A stretch of DNA of 64,000 bases. Source: an uncultured Gammaproteobacteria bacterium. GTDB taxonomy: Bacteria > Patescibacteriota > Patescibacteriia > UBA1558 > S5-K13. The stretch spans positions 179,115 through 243,114 of the forward strand of contig CAZXFD010000002.1 in the NCBI GenBank assembly GCA_964640635.1. Reading direction: 5' to 3'. This document shows, in pieces, positions 9,889-18,718 of this stretch (within the stretch, counting starts at the first letter, position 1; each line of letters starts with the position of its first letter). Both the position numbers and the translations under genes were made by a program. The notes below the pieces were generated by a model. It was not told the DNA's origin. It saw only the letters and a list, made by a program, of their open reading frames with translations, and made no database searches.

Positions 9889-10422
9889 ATGCCTAAAATA
9901 ATCTACTCTAAAAGACGAACTCTATGCCTTGAAATAGGAAAAAACGCGGAACTTATCATAAGGGCGCCAAAGCGATTACCAGAGTCCCAAATTTACAAAT
10001 TTATTCAGAAAAAAAGTGCTTGGATAAAATCTCGCCAAGAAAAAAAATTGGCCGACATTTCAAAAGTCCAAGAACTCGCCTCTAAAATAGACATCAAAAT
10101 ATCAAAATCAGATGCTTACAATATTATCTCTCAAAGAACTAAGGAATTATCTTCTACTTATAACTTTATCTATAATACAATCAAAATAAATAATGCGCGA
10201 ACAAGATGGGGATCTTGTAGTGCAAAAAATAATATTAACTTTACAAAAAAAATTGCAATACTTCCCGAATCAGTTATGAATTATATTATTGTTCACGAAT
10301 TATCTCATACAATAGAAAAAAATCATTCTCGCAAATTTTGGACTCTTGTCCGAAATATACTACCAAATTATAAACAACAACAAAAATGGCTCAAAGAAAA
10401 TGGACATATACTAGAATTATAA
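9889..10422 (+). CDS. YgjP/DUF45 (SprT-like) metallopeptidase-family protein
   Basis: RTRWGSCS, YIIVHELSH, NHSRKFW. The longer ORF-track N-terminus is derived from the REP element. Confidence 0.9.
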   Translation: MPKIIYSKRRTLCLEIGKNAELIIRAPKRLPESQIYKFIQKKSAWIKSRQEKKLADISKVQELASKIDIKISKSDAYNIISQRTKELSSTYNFIYNTIKINNARTRWGSCSAKNNINFTKKIAILPESVMNYIIVHELSHTIEKNHSRKFWTLVRNILPNYKQQQKWLKENGHILEL

Positions 10423-11162
10423 TATTTTCTATTTTAACTTTGTTAATTTGTAATCAAATTACAAAAGCAGGAAGCACTAGCACAATAAGCATCGATGAAA
10501 CAATTCTTGATTCAGACAATGACGGACTTAGTGATTTCAAAGAAAAAAATATTTATTTTACAGATCCAAACAATTCTGATTCAGATGGAGATGGCTATAA
10601 AGATGGTGAAGAAATAAAATATAACTATTCTCCCAGAGACAATAAAAGAAAACTAATCTCCACAGACTCAGACCAAGATGGTCTAATGGATCTCTGGGAA
10701 ATAAATCTTGGAACTAATTTAATAAATCCTGACTCTGATGGCGATGGTTATAAAGATGGTGAAGAAATAATAGGTGGATATGATCCACTATCAAATAACA
10801 ACGAAAAACAAGAAAAGTTAATTAAAATTAATCTAAAAAATCAAGAACTAAGTTATTATCTAGGACCCAAAAAAATAACAAGCTTCAAAATATCAAGTGG
10901 CATAAAAAGCCTTGCGACTCCTCGTGGTACTTACAAAATATTAAACAAAATACCGGTTAAGCTATATAAAGGCATAGGATACAATTATCCAAACACAAAA
11001 TGGAATCTTCGTTTTTCTACCAGTGGATTATATATTCACGGGGCATACTGGCACAACAAATTTGGAACCCCAATGAGTCATGGATGTATTAATGTATCAT
11101 ATGAAAATATGGAATCACTCTACAATATGGCTTTAACTGGGGATAAAATAATCGTTGAATAA
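10386..11162 (+). CDS. L,D-transpeptidase (YkuD) with Ca-binding DxDxDG repeats
   Basis: Signal/TM, DSDGDG repeats, YIHGAYWH...SHGCIN. Confidence 0.92.
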   Translation: MAQRKWTYTRIIIFSILTLLICNQITKAGSTSTISIDETILDSDNDGLSDFKEKNIYFTDPNNSDSDGDGYKDGEEIKYNYSPRDNKRKLISTDSDQDGLMDLWEINLGTNLINPDSDGDGYKDGEEIIGGYDPLSNNNEKQEKLIKINLKNQELSYYLGPKKITSFKISSGIKSLATPRGTYKILNKIPVKLYKGIGYNYPNTKWNLRFSTSGLYIHGAYWHNKFGTPMSHGCINVSYENMESLYNMALTGDKIIVE

Positions 11163-11163
11163 T

Positions 11164-11280
11164 CCCCCCCCCCCCCCACCCATCAGAAAATACAAAAAAA
11201 ACACAGTTTTTTTAAATTAACTGTGTTTTTTATTTGAAAATATTTTATTAATCCCTAAACCTTCTGATGGGTGGGGGGGG
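11164..11280. repeat. 19-bp poly-C/poly-G inverted repeat enclosing a bidirectional terminator
   Basis: ccccccccacccatcagaa (11170-11188) / ttctgatgggtgggggggg (11262-11280); inner aaaaaacacagtt...aactgtgtttttt. Confidence 0.75.
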
Positions 11281-12309
11281 TTATTTCAATTCAAACGATG
11301 CAATAATATCTTTTATAGCATCAAATTTTGCTTTATCAGCGGTTACTGGAGCTTCAATGCTTGAATATGTAAATACATATTTAGTTCCTTCTTTTATAAC
11401 ATTCTCTAAGTTAGTGTCTTTGTCCTTTATTTTGTTCCATTGAGCCTTTGTAAATACAGAAATTGTAAATAATGGCTTATCAGTTGCAAAATTAAATGCT
11501 ATAGACTCTGTTTTGGTAGTATCTTTCTTATCTTCTTTTACTACATATCCAGCCCAAATTTGAGGAAATTTCAATGTAAATCCGTATGTTTCATTTTCAT
11601 AGTTCAAACCACTTACATCATAATCTTTAATCTTTACAGTTTGAAGCATAAGATCAAATAATTGTCCCTGTGCTTGACTATTTATATAATCATTTTGTGT
11701 TGCTAACTCAGCTGCATATGTTTCATTGATATAAAATCTTCTTATTAATGCAATATCTTTGCCCTTATTATCTTGTATACAATATGTAACTACACCACTT
11801 CCTTCTGCACCAACATCATATTTAATACCCTTTATATTTTGAAATACAAATTCAACCCCTGTGCTTTTTACATTTTCTGCCAAATATTCACAATCTTGTT
11901 CGACTTCTTGATTAAGAGAAATTTGCATATCTTTTGCAAGTTCACCCTCTGTTCCATCTTCTAGACTTTTAAGTTTGAAAGCTTGCATTTGGTGATAAAG
12001 TTCATCATTTTCTTCGTCTATTTTAAAAAGTGTATCTGGATACATTATGTCCATTCCAATTGTTTCATTGGAGTATGTTTTCCAATCTTGAACAGCTGGC
12101 ACTTGTAACTTACTTTGTTGATTTTGTTGGGCTTGTTGAAATTGAGCTAATTGAGTTTCAAGCTCTGTAATTCTTTGTTTTGCTTGTCTTGATTCCTCCT
12201 CTTTACTAATTAATATATTTTGTTGCCCAAAATATACAATACCCCCCACAATAAGAGCTGTTGCTATTATTGCAATGGAAAATAACCATATTGTTTTTGA
12301 TTGACTCAT
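11281..12309 (-). CDS. Membrane-anchored extracellular protein with PsbP-like domains
   Basis: N-terminal TM, coiled coil, two WKTYSN..G...YP / Y.NETYGFTLKFP..W modules. Confidence 0.6.
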   Translation of the reverse strand: MSQSKTIWLFSIAIIATALIVGGIVYFGQQNILISKEEESRQAKQRITELETQLAQFQQAQQNQQSKLQVPAVQDWKTYSNETIGMDIMYPDTLFKIDEENDELYHQMQAFKLKSLEDGTEGELAKDMQISLNQEVEQDCEYLAENVKSTGVEFVFQNIKGIKYDVGAEGSGVVTYCIQDNKGKDIALIRRFYINETYAAELATQNDYINSQAQGQLFDLMLQTVKIKDYDVSGLNYENETYGFTLKFPQIWAGYVVKEDKKDTTKTESIAFNFATDKPLFTISVFTKAQWNKIKDKDTNLENVIKEGTKYVFTYSSIEAPVTADKAKFDAIKDIIASFELK

Positions 12310-12435
12310 ATTCTTTTTGTATCCAGCTATATAACTGGAGTTATTAATTTTTATTTAAACTTTAATTTGAATAAATTTTAGATAAATAGTCAAGTCGTTA
12401 GTTTCTATAAATATCATAGACATTATAACATATAG

Positions 12436-13179
12436 TTATTCAATGTCTATAAACCTTAAAATAAGTATAAATGCTATACCAAAAACGAAAAATGAAAAAT
12501 GTATTAAATTTTTCTTTATACTATTGTGATTTTTTATCTCCGGAATAAGGTCTGATGATGCAATATACACAAAACTACCAGAGGCAAAGGCCAATAAATA
12601 AGCTATGTTTATTTTTGAAGATACAAAATATGCCAAAACACCGCCCAACACTACTGTAAATGCAGACATAAAATTAAAAAGAAGCGCCTTCATTCTTTTC
12701 CAACCACCATGAATAAGAATACCAAAATCTCCCAACTCCTGTGGTATCTCATGAGCAATAATCACTAGCCATGTAATAATTCCTGTTTTTATATCAAAAC
12801 AAAACGCGGATCCTATTACAATACCATCTATAAAATTATGGACAGAATCTGAAATCAAAACTAAATAAGTAAATGGCTTTTGATGTTCGCTGGGCATCTT
12901 ATGGCAATGATGCCAATGAATAAACTGCTCCATCAAAAAAAATGTTGAAAATCCAATAAGCAAAAACACAAACACATCTTGACCACTTCCAAGTTTTTCA
13001 ATTGCTTCTGGTAAAAGATGCAGAAATGCCCCTGCAATAAGAGCTCCTGCTGAAAAAGAAACTAAATATAAAATTATTTTTCTTAAAAAATCTTCTTTTA
13101 TAAACAAAAACAATACCCCTATCCATGCAATAAGGGTTATAGAAAAAGTTGATATAATAATCCAAAATAATATTGACAT
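12436..13179 (-). CDS. ZIP family metal (zinc) transporter
   Basis: HLLPEA, HWHHCH, DSVHNFIDG, HEIPQELGDF. Confidence 0.95.
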   Translation of the reverse strand: MSILFWIIISTFSITLIAWIGVLFLFIKEDFLRKIILYLVSFSAGALIAGAFLHLLPEAIEKLGSGQDVFVFLLIGFSTFFLMEQFIHWHHCHKMPSEHQKPFTYLVLISDSVHNFIDGIVIGSAFCFDIKTGIITWLVIIAHEIPQELGDFGILIHGGWKRMKALLFNFMSAFTVVLGGVLAYFVSSKINIAYLLAFASGSFVYIASSDLIPEIKNHNSIKKNLIHFSFFVFGIAFILILRFIDIE

Positions 13180-14028
13180 TTATTTTTCCCAAAAATTAAT
13201 AATCTTTATATAATTATCCTTAATCATTTCAATTGCTTTATTTTTTGAAATTTTTCCATTATATAATTCCATTATAGGCTTATAAAAAATAGTTCTTCCA
13301 ACTGCAAAACCATTTATATCTTGAAATTTTTTTGCAATCTTTATCCAAGATCTGACCTGCTTCATATCTTCTCCTCTACCAAGCATTATAATAGCGACAT
13401 TATTTCTATTTTTCAAGTTTTTTATTTGTCTAATTATTATTTCCCAATCTGATTTTTTATCATAGGCTTCTATTTTCCAAATATCTGGATCAATGCCATA
13501 TTGCTGAATTTCAGAAATTACTAGAGCAGTATTTTTTGCTTTGTCGTTAATTTTTGGAGTAAGAAGCTCTATCAAAAACTTCATTTTATTTAATTTACAA
13601 AAATCATTGAGTTTTTTCAATTTTTTAAGCTGTAATAAATTTTGTTTTTTATTATCAAGATCATATCTTACCAAAACTTTAACAAAATCTGGATTAGAAC
13701 TTTTTATAAATTTTCCAAAATTACTACCGTGTTCAAACTCAAAAAACTCTTGACCACTTTTTTCTGTAGATATAGATAATAATATTTTTTGCTGTTTTGC
13801 AATCTTTATAATATCAGATCCAAATTCTTCATCTATCAATATAGCTAAATTTTTATTATTTTTTAATTGCTTTCTTGCCAATAAAAATCCTTGAAAAATA
13901 ATAGCCTTGTAAAATGATATAAGATTTTTATTTTCTTTTGATAGTGGTCTTTTCAAAGAAAAACTTCTAATCAAAAAATCTCTGTGATCAAATGGAAGCA
14001 TATAAATTTTGTCTTTGTATCCTAGCAT
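13180..14028 (-). CDS. DUF2090 / IolC C-terminal-like class I aldolase-fold protein
   Basis: LPFDHR, ILIDEEFG, EKSG, KVLVRY, PDIWKIE, LGRG, GFAVGRTIF. Confidence 0.8.
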   Translation of the reverse strand: MLGYKDKIYMLPFDHRDFLIRSFSLKRPLSKENKNLISFYKAIIFQGFLLARKQLKNNKNLAILIDEEFGSDIIKIAKQQKILLSISTEKSGQEFFEFEHGSNFGKFIKSSNPDFVKVLVRYDLDNKKQNLLQLKKLKKLNDFCKLNKMKFLIELLTPKINDKAKNTALVISEIQQYGIDPDIWKIEAYDKKSDWEIIIRQIKNLKNRNNVAIIMLGRGEDMKQVRSWIKIAKKFQDINGFAVGRTIFYKPIMELYNGKISKNKAIEMIKDNYIKIINFWEK

Positions 14029-14033
14029 AAATT

Positions 14034-15626
14034 TTAAAAAACTTTTGTGATTATTTTTTTTATTAAATCTATTCCTATCATTTGTTTTGATGGCTTTATG
14101 TTCAAAAGTCCCAGCACGGTAGGAGCGATATCAGACAAAACTCCATTTATATCTTTTTGACAAAAATCTTCGTTTGAAATTTCTTTTGTTTTGTTTTTGA
14201 ATTTATCACTAACGATAACGCATGGAACTGGATATGAACTATGTTCTTTATCTATTTCTCCTGTTTTTAGATTTACCACTTCTTCTGCATTTCCATGGTC
14301 TGCTGTCAAAATAACTGTACCATTTTTCTTCAAGAAAGCTGGGATAATTTCTGATAAATTTTTATCGAGCGCCTCTATCGCCTTTATAGATGCATCAAGA
14401 TTTCCAGTGTGCCCTACCATATCAGCATTTGCAAAATTCACCACATAAAAGTTAAACTTATCTTGGTTCACCTTTTCTATAAGTACATTTTTAATTAATT
14501 CTGCAGACATTTCTGGGAGTAAATCATATGTTTCAACATCAGGAGATGGAATAAGAATTCTTTCTTCATTTTGATATTTTTCTTCTTTAAGTCCATTAAA
14601 GAAAAATGTAACGTGTGCATACTTTTCTGTTTCTGCTATATGAAGCTGAGACAAACCAGCGTTGTCTATAAGTTCAGACAAAGTTCCATTTATATCTGGC
14701 CTTCTAAAAGCTACCTCAACCGGTAAACCTTTTTGATATTCTGTAAAAGTTACCACTGACAAATTTTTTAGCTTCTCTCCCCTGTCAAACTCTTTGAAAT
14801 CTTCTTGAGTAAAAGCATTTAGTATTTGTCTTGCTCTATCTGCTCTAAAATTAAAAAATATTACTGAATCACCATCGCAAACTTTAGCTATAGGTTCACC
14901 GTCTTTGATGATAACAAGTGGATGAAATTCTTCATCAAAAATATTTTTTGCATAAGATGCTTGAATAGCTAGTGCAGGGTCTTCATCTTTGTCTTTTGCA
15001 ATACCATGAACAATTGCATCATAGCTAAGCTTAATTCTATCCCAATTATTATTTCTATCCATGCCATAAAATCTACCCGAGATAGTTGCTATTTTTCCAC
15101 ACCCATAAATTTCTATAGTCCTAAGTAGATTCTTTGTAAAAACAACCCCTTTATCTTTGGCAGTGTCACGACCATCTAAAAAAAGATGGATAAAAACTTT
15201 TTCTAATTTATTCTCACATGCCAGTTTCAAAAGAGATTCAAGATGTGCTTGATGAGAATGGACTCCTCCAGTTCCAAGAAGTCCAATAAGATGAAGTGCG
15301 CTATTATTGTTTTTTGCATTTTCTATAACTTTCAAAAGAACTTCATTCTTGAAAAAATTACCATTTAGTATTTCTTTATTTATTCTATTTAAACTCTGTG
15401 GAACTATTTGACCAGATCCAAGCGTAAGATGCCCTACTTCTGAATTTCCAACCTCACCATAGGGAAGTCCACTTGCCTCTCCCGATGCCTGCAACAAAAA
15501 AGATGGATAATTTTTTAACAAAAAATCCCAATATTTTGGCTTTGCAAGAGTTATTGCATTACCAATAGATGGCTCAGATACTCCCCAGCCATCTAAAATT
15601 ATAAGTGCAACTGGATTAGTAGTCAT
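14034..15626 (-). CDS. gpmI: 2,3-bisphosphoglycerate-independent phosphoglycerate mutase
   Basis: LIILDGWG, GNSEVGH, GGVHSH, DGRD, AETEKYAHVTFF, ADMVGH, TADHGN. Confidence 0.98.
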   Translation of the reverse strand: MTTNPVALIILDGWGVSEPSIGNAITLAKPKYWDFLLKNYPSFLLQASGEASGLPYGEVGNSEVGHLTLGSGQIVPQSLNRINKEILNGNFFKNEVLLKVIENAKNNNSALHLIGLLGTGGVHSHQAHLESLLKLACENKLEKVFIHLFLDGRDTAKDKGVVFTKNLLRTIEIYGCGKIATISGRFYGMDRNNNWDRIKLSYDAIVHGIAKDKDEDPALAIQASYAKNIFDEEFHPLVIIKDGEPIAKVCDGDSVIFFNFRADRARQILNAFTQEDFKEFDRGEKLKNLSVVTFTEYQKGLPVEVAFRRPDINGTLSELIDNAGLSQLHIAETEKYAHVTFFFNGLKEEKYQNEERILIPSPDVETYDLLPEMSAELIKNVLIEKVNQDKFNFYVVNFANADMVGHTGNLDASIKAIEALDKNLSEIIPAFLKKNGTVILTADHGNAEEVVNLKTGEIDKEHSSYPVPCVIVSDKFKNKTKEISNEDFCQKDINGVLSDIAPTVLGLLNIKPSKQMIGIDLIKKIITKVF

Positions 15627-15891
15627 AATTTATTGTTTCTATTTTTCCCTCAAGAGCTTCTCTAATCTTATTTTTTATAAGAGAATCATTTTCTTCTATT
15701 ATTTTCACGAGTTCTATTTTCTTGCTTTCATCTTGCTCTTTTTCAAGTTTGATGATCTTCTGATTCATTTTATAAACCAGATTCGTAATAATAGTAAGTG
15801 TTTTCTCTTTTTTATCTTCTGGAACGTTAAATTCCAAAAAATAGCTTTCTACTGATTTTTGCTTAATTTCTTCCATATTTTTGTTTATCAC
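15616..15891 (-). CDS. Hypothetical protein
   Basis: ORF overlapping the gpmI start; charged, helical composition. Confidence 0.7.
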   Translation of the reverse strand: MINKNMEEIKQKSVESYFLEFNVPEDKKEKTLTIITNLVYKMNQKIIKLEKEQDESKKIELVKIIEENDSLIKNKIREALEGKIETINYDY

Positions 15892-15935
15892 CCATATGAT
15901 GAAATAAATTTCTTACCTTTATTATAGCATTAATT

Positions 15936-16090
15936 TTAGGAGATTAGGAGGATTAGCCTGCCTGCTCATTCGAGTCTGGGCTTGAGAGCTCAGCTCTCAG
16001 AGTCGAAGACCGGTAGGCAGGGGAATTAGGTTAAATATAATCATTATTAGCATTAATACACTAATCTCACTAATCATCCTAATCTCCTAA
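15936..16090. repeat. MITE-like element with 21-bp IR containing a REP copy (15957-16021)
   Basis: ttaggagattaggaggattag / ctaatcatcctaatctcctaa (20/21 match). Confidence 0.75.
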
Positions 16091-16194
16091 TCTAATCTTG
16101 ACTACTAGCCAATATTATGATAACTTCTATATAGACACTCGACGATTAAGCTTTCGGTGGCTTAAGACTACTAATATAATTAAATCAGAATAAA

Positions 16195-16809
16195 ATGACA
16201 AAAAACTTTCATTATGAATTGGGTTTTTTAATAGATGCAAACATTCCTGAAAATGAACATCCTAAAACAATCCAAACAGTTAAAGAGCTCCTCCTAGAAA
16301 AAGGTGCAAATATTATTTCCGAAATAGACTTTGGAAGAAAGAAATTGAATTATCCTATCAAAAAGTCTTTAAAAGCAAGCTTTTTTGTATTTGAATTTAC
16401 AATAGAAGCAAAGGAAATAAAATCAATAGAACAAACCCTAAAGCTCGAAAAAGCAATTTTGAGATTTTTAACAACAAAAAAACCTCATAATATTATCAAT
16501 CAAAAACCTACTGAAGTAGAGCCACAGAGAAACAACAACGATAGGAATGACAGAAACGACAATAAAAGAGAAAGGCCTTCTTTTGACAGAAAACCTGCGG
16601 AAACCAAAAAACCTGAGGTTATTGTAGAAAAAGAAGATGTAAAAGAAGATGTAAAAATCGAAGAACCTCAAGAACCTAAAGAAGAGATAGTAGAAGAAGT
16701 AGTAAAAACTGATGATATTAAACAGGCTGAAGTTGTTCAAAAAGAGCCTGTAGCTCAAAACGATTTAGACAAAAAATTAGATGAAATTTTAAATGAAAAC
16801 AAGTTTTAA
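16195..16809 (+). CDS. rpsF: 30S ribosomal protein S6 with long acidic C-terminal tail
   Basis: YELGFLI, GRKKLNYPIKK, ILRFL; rpsF-ssb-rpsR synteny. Confidence 0.93.
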   Translation: MTKNFHYELGFLIDANIPENEHPKTIQTVKELLLEKGANIISEIDFGRKKLNYPIKKSLKASFFVFEFTIEAKEIKSIEQTLKLEKAILRFLTTKKPHNIINQKPTEVEPQRNNNDRNDRNDNKRERPSFDRKPAETKKPEVIVEKEDVKEDVKIEEPQEPKEEIVEEVVKTDDIKQAEVVQKEPVAQNDLDKKLDEILNENKF

Positions 16810-16839
16810 AAACATCAATTAACTAACTACATAAATCAT

Positions 16840-17268
16840 ATGGATTTAAACAGAGCAAGTATCATAGGAAGGGTTACAAATGACATTGAATCTCGTACAA
16901 CTCCAAATGGTCAAACAGTTGTTTCTTTTAGTGTAGCAACAAACTTCAAATGGACAGATGCAAGTGGACAAAAACAAGACAAAGCAGAATTTCACAACAT
17001 TGTTGCTTGGAGAAAATTAGCAGAAACAATTTCTCAATATCTAAAAAAAGGCTCAAGAGTATATATTGAGGGTAGATTACAAACAAGAAGTTGGGATGAT
17101 CAAAGTGGCAACAAAAAATATCGCACAGAAATAATAGCAGACAGTATGATAATGCTTGACTCAAAAGGTCAAACAATGCCATCCAAAGAAAACAATGACA
17201 CTACTTCAAATGATATAAAAATGCCTGAAGAAGAGGAAGAAATAAACATCGAAGATATCCCATTTTAA
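16840..17268 (+). CDS. ssb: Single-stranded DNA-binding protein
   Basis: FSVATN, KGSRVYIEGRLQTRSW, C-terminal DIPF. Confidence 0.98.
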   Translation: MDLNRASIIGRVTNDIESRTTPNGQTVVSFSVATNFKWTDASGQKQDKAEFHNIVAWRKLAETISQYLKKGSRVYIEGRLQTRSWDDQSGNKKYRTEIIADSMIMLDSKGQTMPSKENNDTTSNDIKMPEEEEEINIEDIPF

Positions 17269-17292
17269 GAAATTATTAAATACATAACAAAT

Positions 17293-17517
17293 ATGATCAA
17301 AACACAGATAGAAAAAAAAGATAGATATTGCTATTTTTGTAACAAAAAAATAGACTTTATTGACTATAAAGACTTACAACTTTTACAAAGATTTATTAGT
17401 TCTTACTATAAAATCGTTCCTAGAAAAAGAAGTGGGGTTTGTAATACTCACCAAAGAAAACTTTCTCAAGCCTTGAAAAGAGCTAGATTCATGGGTTTTC
17501 TTCCATTTACAAAATAA
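17293..17517 (+). CDS. rpsR: 30S ribosomal protein S18 (Zn-binding form)
   Basis: CYFC, IDYKD, CNTHQR, KRAR. Confidence 0.97.
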   Translation: MIKTQIEKKDRYCYFCNKKIDFIDYKDLQLLQRFISSYYKIVPRKRSGVCNTHQRKLSQALKRARFMGFLPFTK

Positions 17518-17554
17518 GCTTCTCTGCTCTAAAACAAGTTAACAAAGAAAAATT

Positions 17555-18115
17555 ATGTTGGATTTCAATGAATTAAAACTTGGAAAAATCATTTCTTTAA
17601 ATGATCAACCATATAAAATAGTTTTCACTCAACACTCAAAACAAGCAAGAAGCGGAGCTGTACTTCGCACTAAGCTCAAAAACCTTATCAATGGCTCTGT
17701 TGTTGAAAAAACTTTTGGTGGTGGAGACAAAGCAGAAGAAGCAAACTTGGAAAAAACAAAGGCTAGTTTCTTATATACAGAAGGAAATGAATATCATTTT
17801 ATGGATCCAGAAAGCTTTGAACAATTTTCCTTTCCAAAAGAAGAAATAGGTGACCAAGTACAATACTTAGTAGATGGCACTATCATTGATATACTCAAAT
17901 ACAATGGCAAACCAGTAAATATAAGTTTACCCACAAAAATGGATTTCAAAGTTATATCTGCTCCTCCTGGAATAAAAGGTGATACAGCTGGATCTGCATC
18001 AAAAATAGTTACTATAGAGACAGGTGCGCAAATCAAATGTCCTCTATTTATAAATGATGGCGATATCATAAAGGTAAATACAGAAACTAATGAATACGTA
18101 GAAAGAGCAAAATAA
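17555..18115 (+). CDS. efp: Elongation factor P
   Basis: FMDPESFEQ, PGIKGDT, ETGA..PLFI..GD.IKVNT. Confidence 0.96.
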   Translation: MLDFNELKLGKIISLNDQPYKIVFTQHSKQARSGAVLRTKLKNLINGSVVEKTFGGGDKAEEANLEKTKASFLYTEGNEYHFMDPESFEQFSFPKEEIGDQVQYLVDGTIIDILKYNGKPVNISLPTKMDFKVISAPPGIKGDTAGSASKIVTIETGAQIKCPLFINDGDIIKVNTETNEYVERAK

Positions 18116-18147
18116 TTTTCACATCTTATAATAATAAAAACATGGAA

Positions 18148-18645
18148 TTAAAAAACCATGTTTTTTTGATCTAAAAATGTATATTTATATTCCTCTGGAG
18201 TATTTGATAGTTTATGTTTCACACAATTAAAATAAACATAATTAGTAATCACTCCTAATTGTTTTTCTATATTAATTTCTCTTGATTTATAGATATACTC
18301 AAACAATCTTCCCGATCTTTTATACTTATCATTAAAATATCTTGTATACGAATGGGCTAATAAACCTATGAATTTTGATATAACTGAGCCACGATATTGA
18401 TTAACTCCAACCCGGGGTTGACCATTCGGCAACCCCGGGTTGGGTTCCTGCAAAACAAAATGATAATGATTTGGTAATAAACAATATGCAATTATATTTA
18501 TACCAGTTTTATAGCTATAAAACCTTAACTTATCCAAAAAATACTCAAAATCTATATCCGAAGCAAAAATCACTTTTTTATCTATGCCTCTATTGTAAAT
18601 ATGATATAGCCCACCACAATATATGTTTCTTTGATTTTTATGCAT
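18148..18645 (-). mobile_element. REP-associated tyrosine transposase (RAYT, IS200/Y1 family)
   Basis: YHIYNRG, AYCLLPNHYH (HUH), YFNDKYKRSGRLF. Confidence 0.85.
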
Positions 18646-18718
18646 AAAAAAAGACCATTAATAAAAATTATTACGGCCATATTTAGATATTAAAATAATA
18701 TAAAAACAAAGTCAATGC

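Noticed and set aside
16146-16165. S6:S18-binding leader RNA (hairpin ttaagc...gcttaa)
   Set aside because: A hairpin is present, but the conserved CCC motif and SD pairing are not evident
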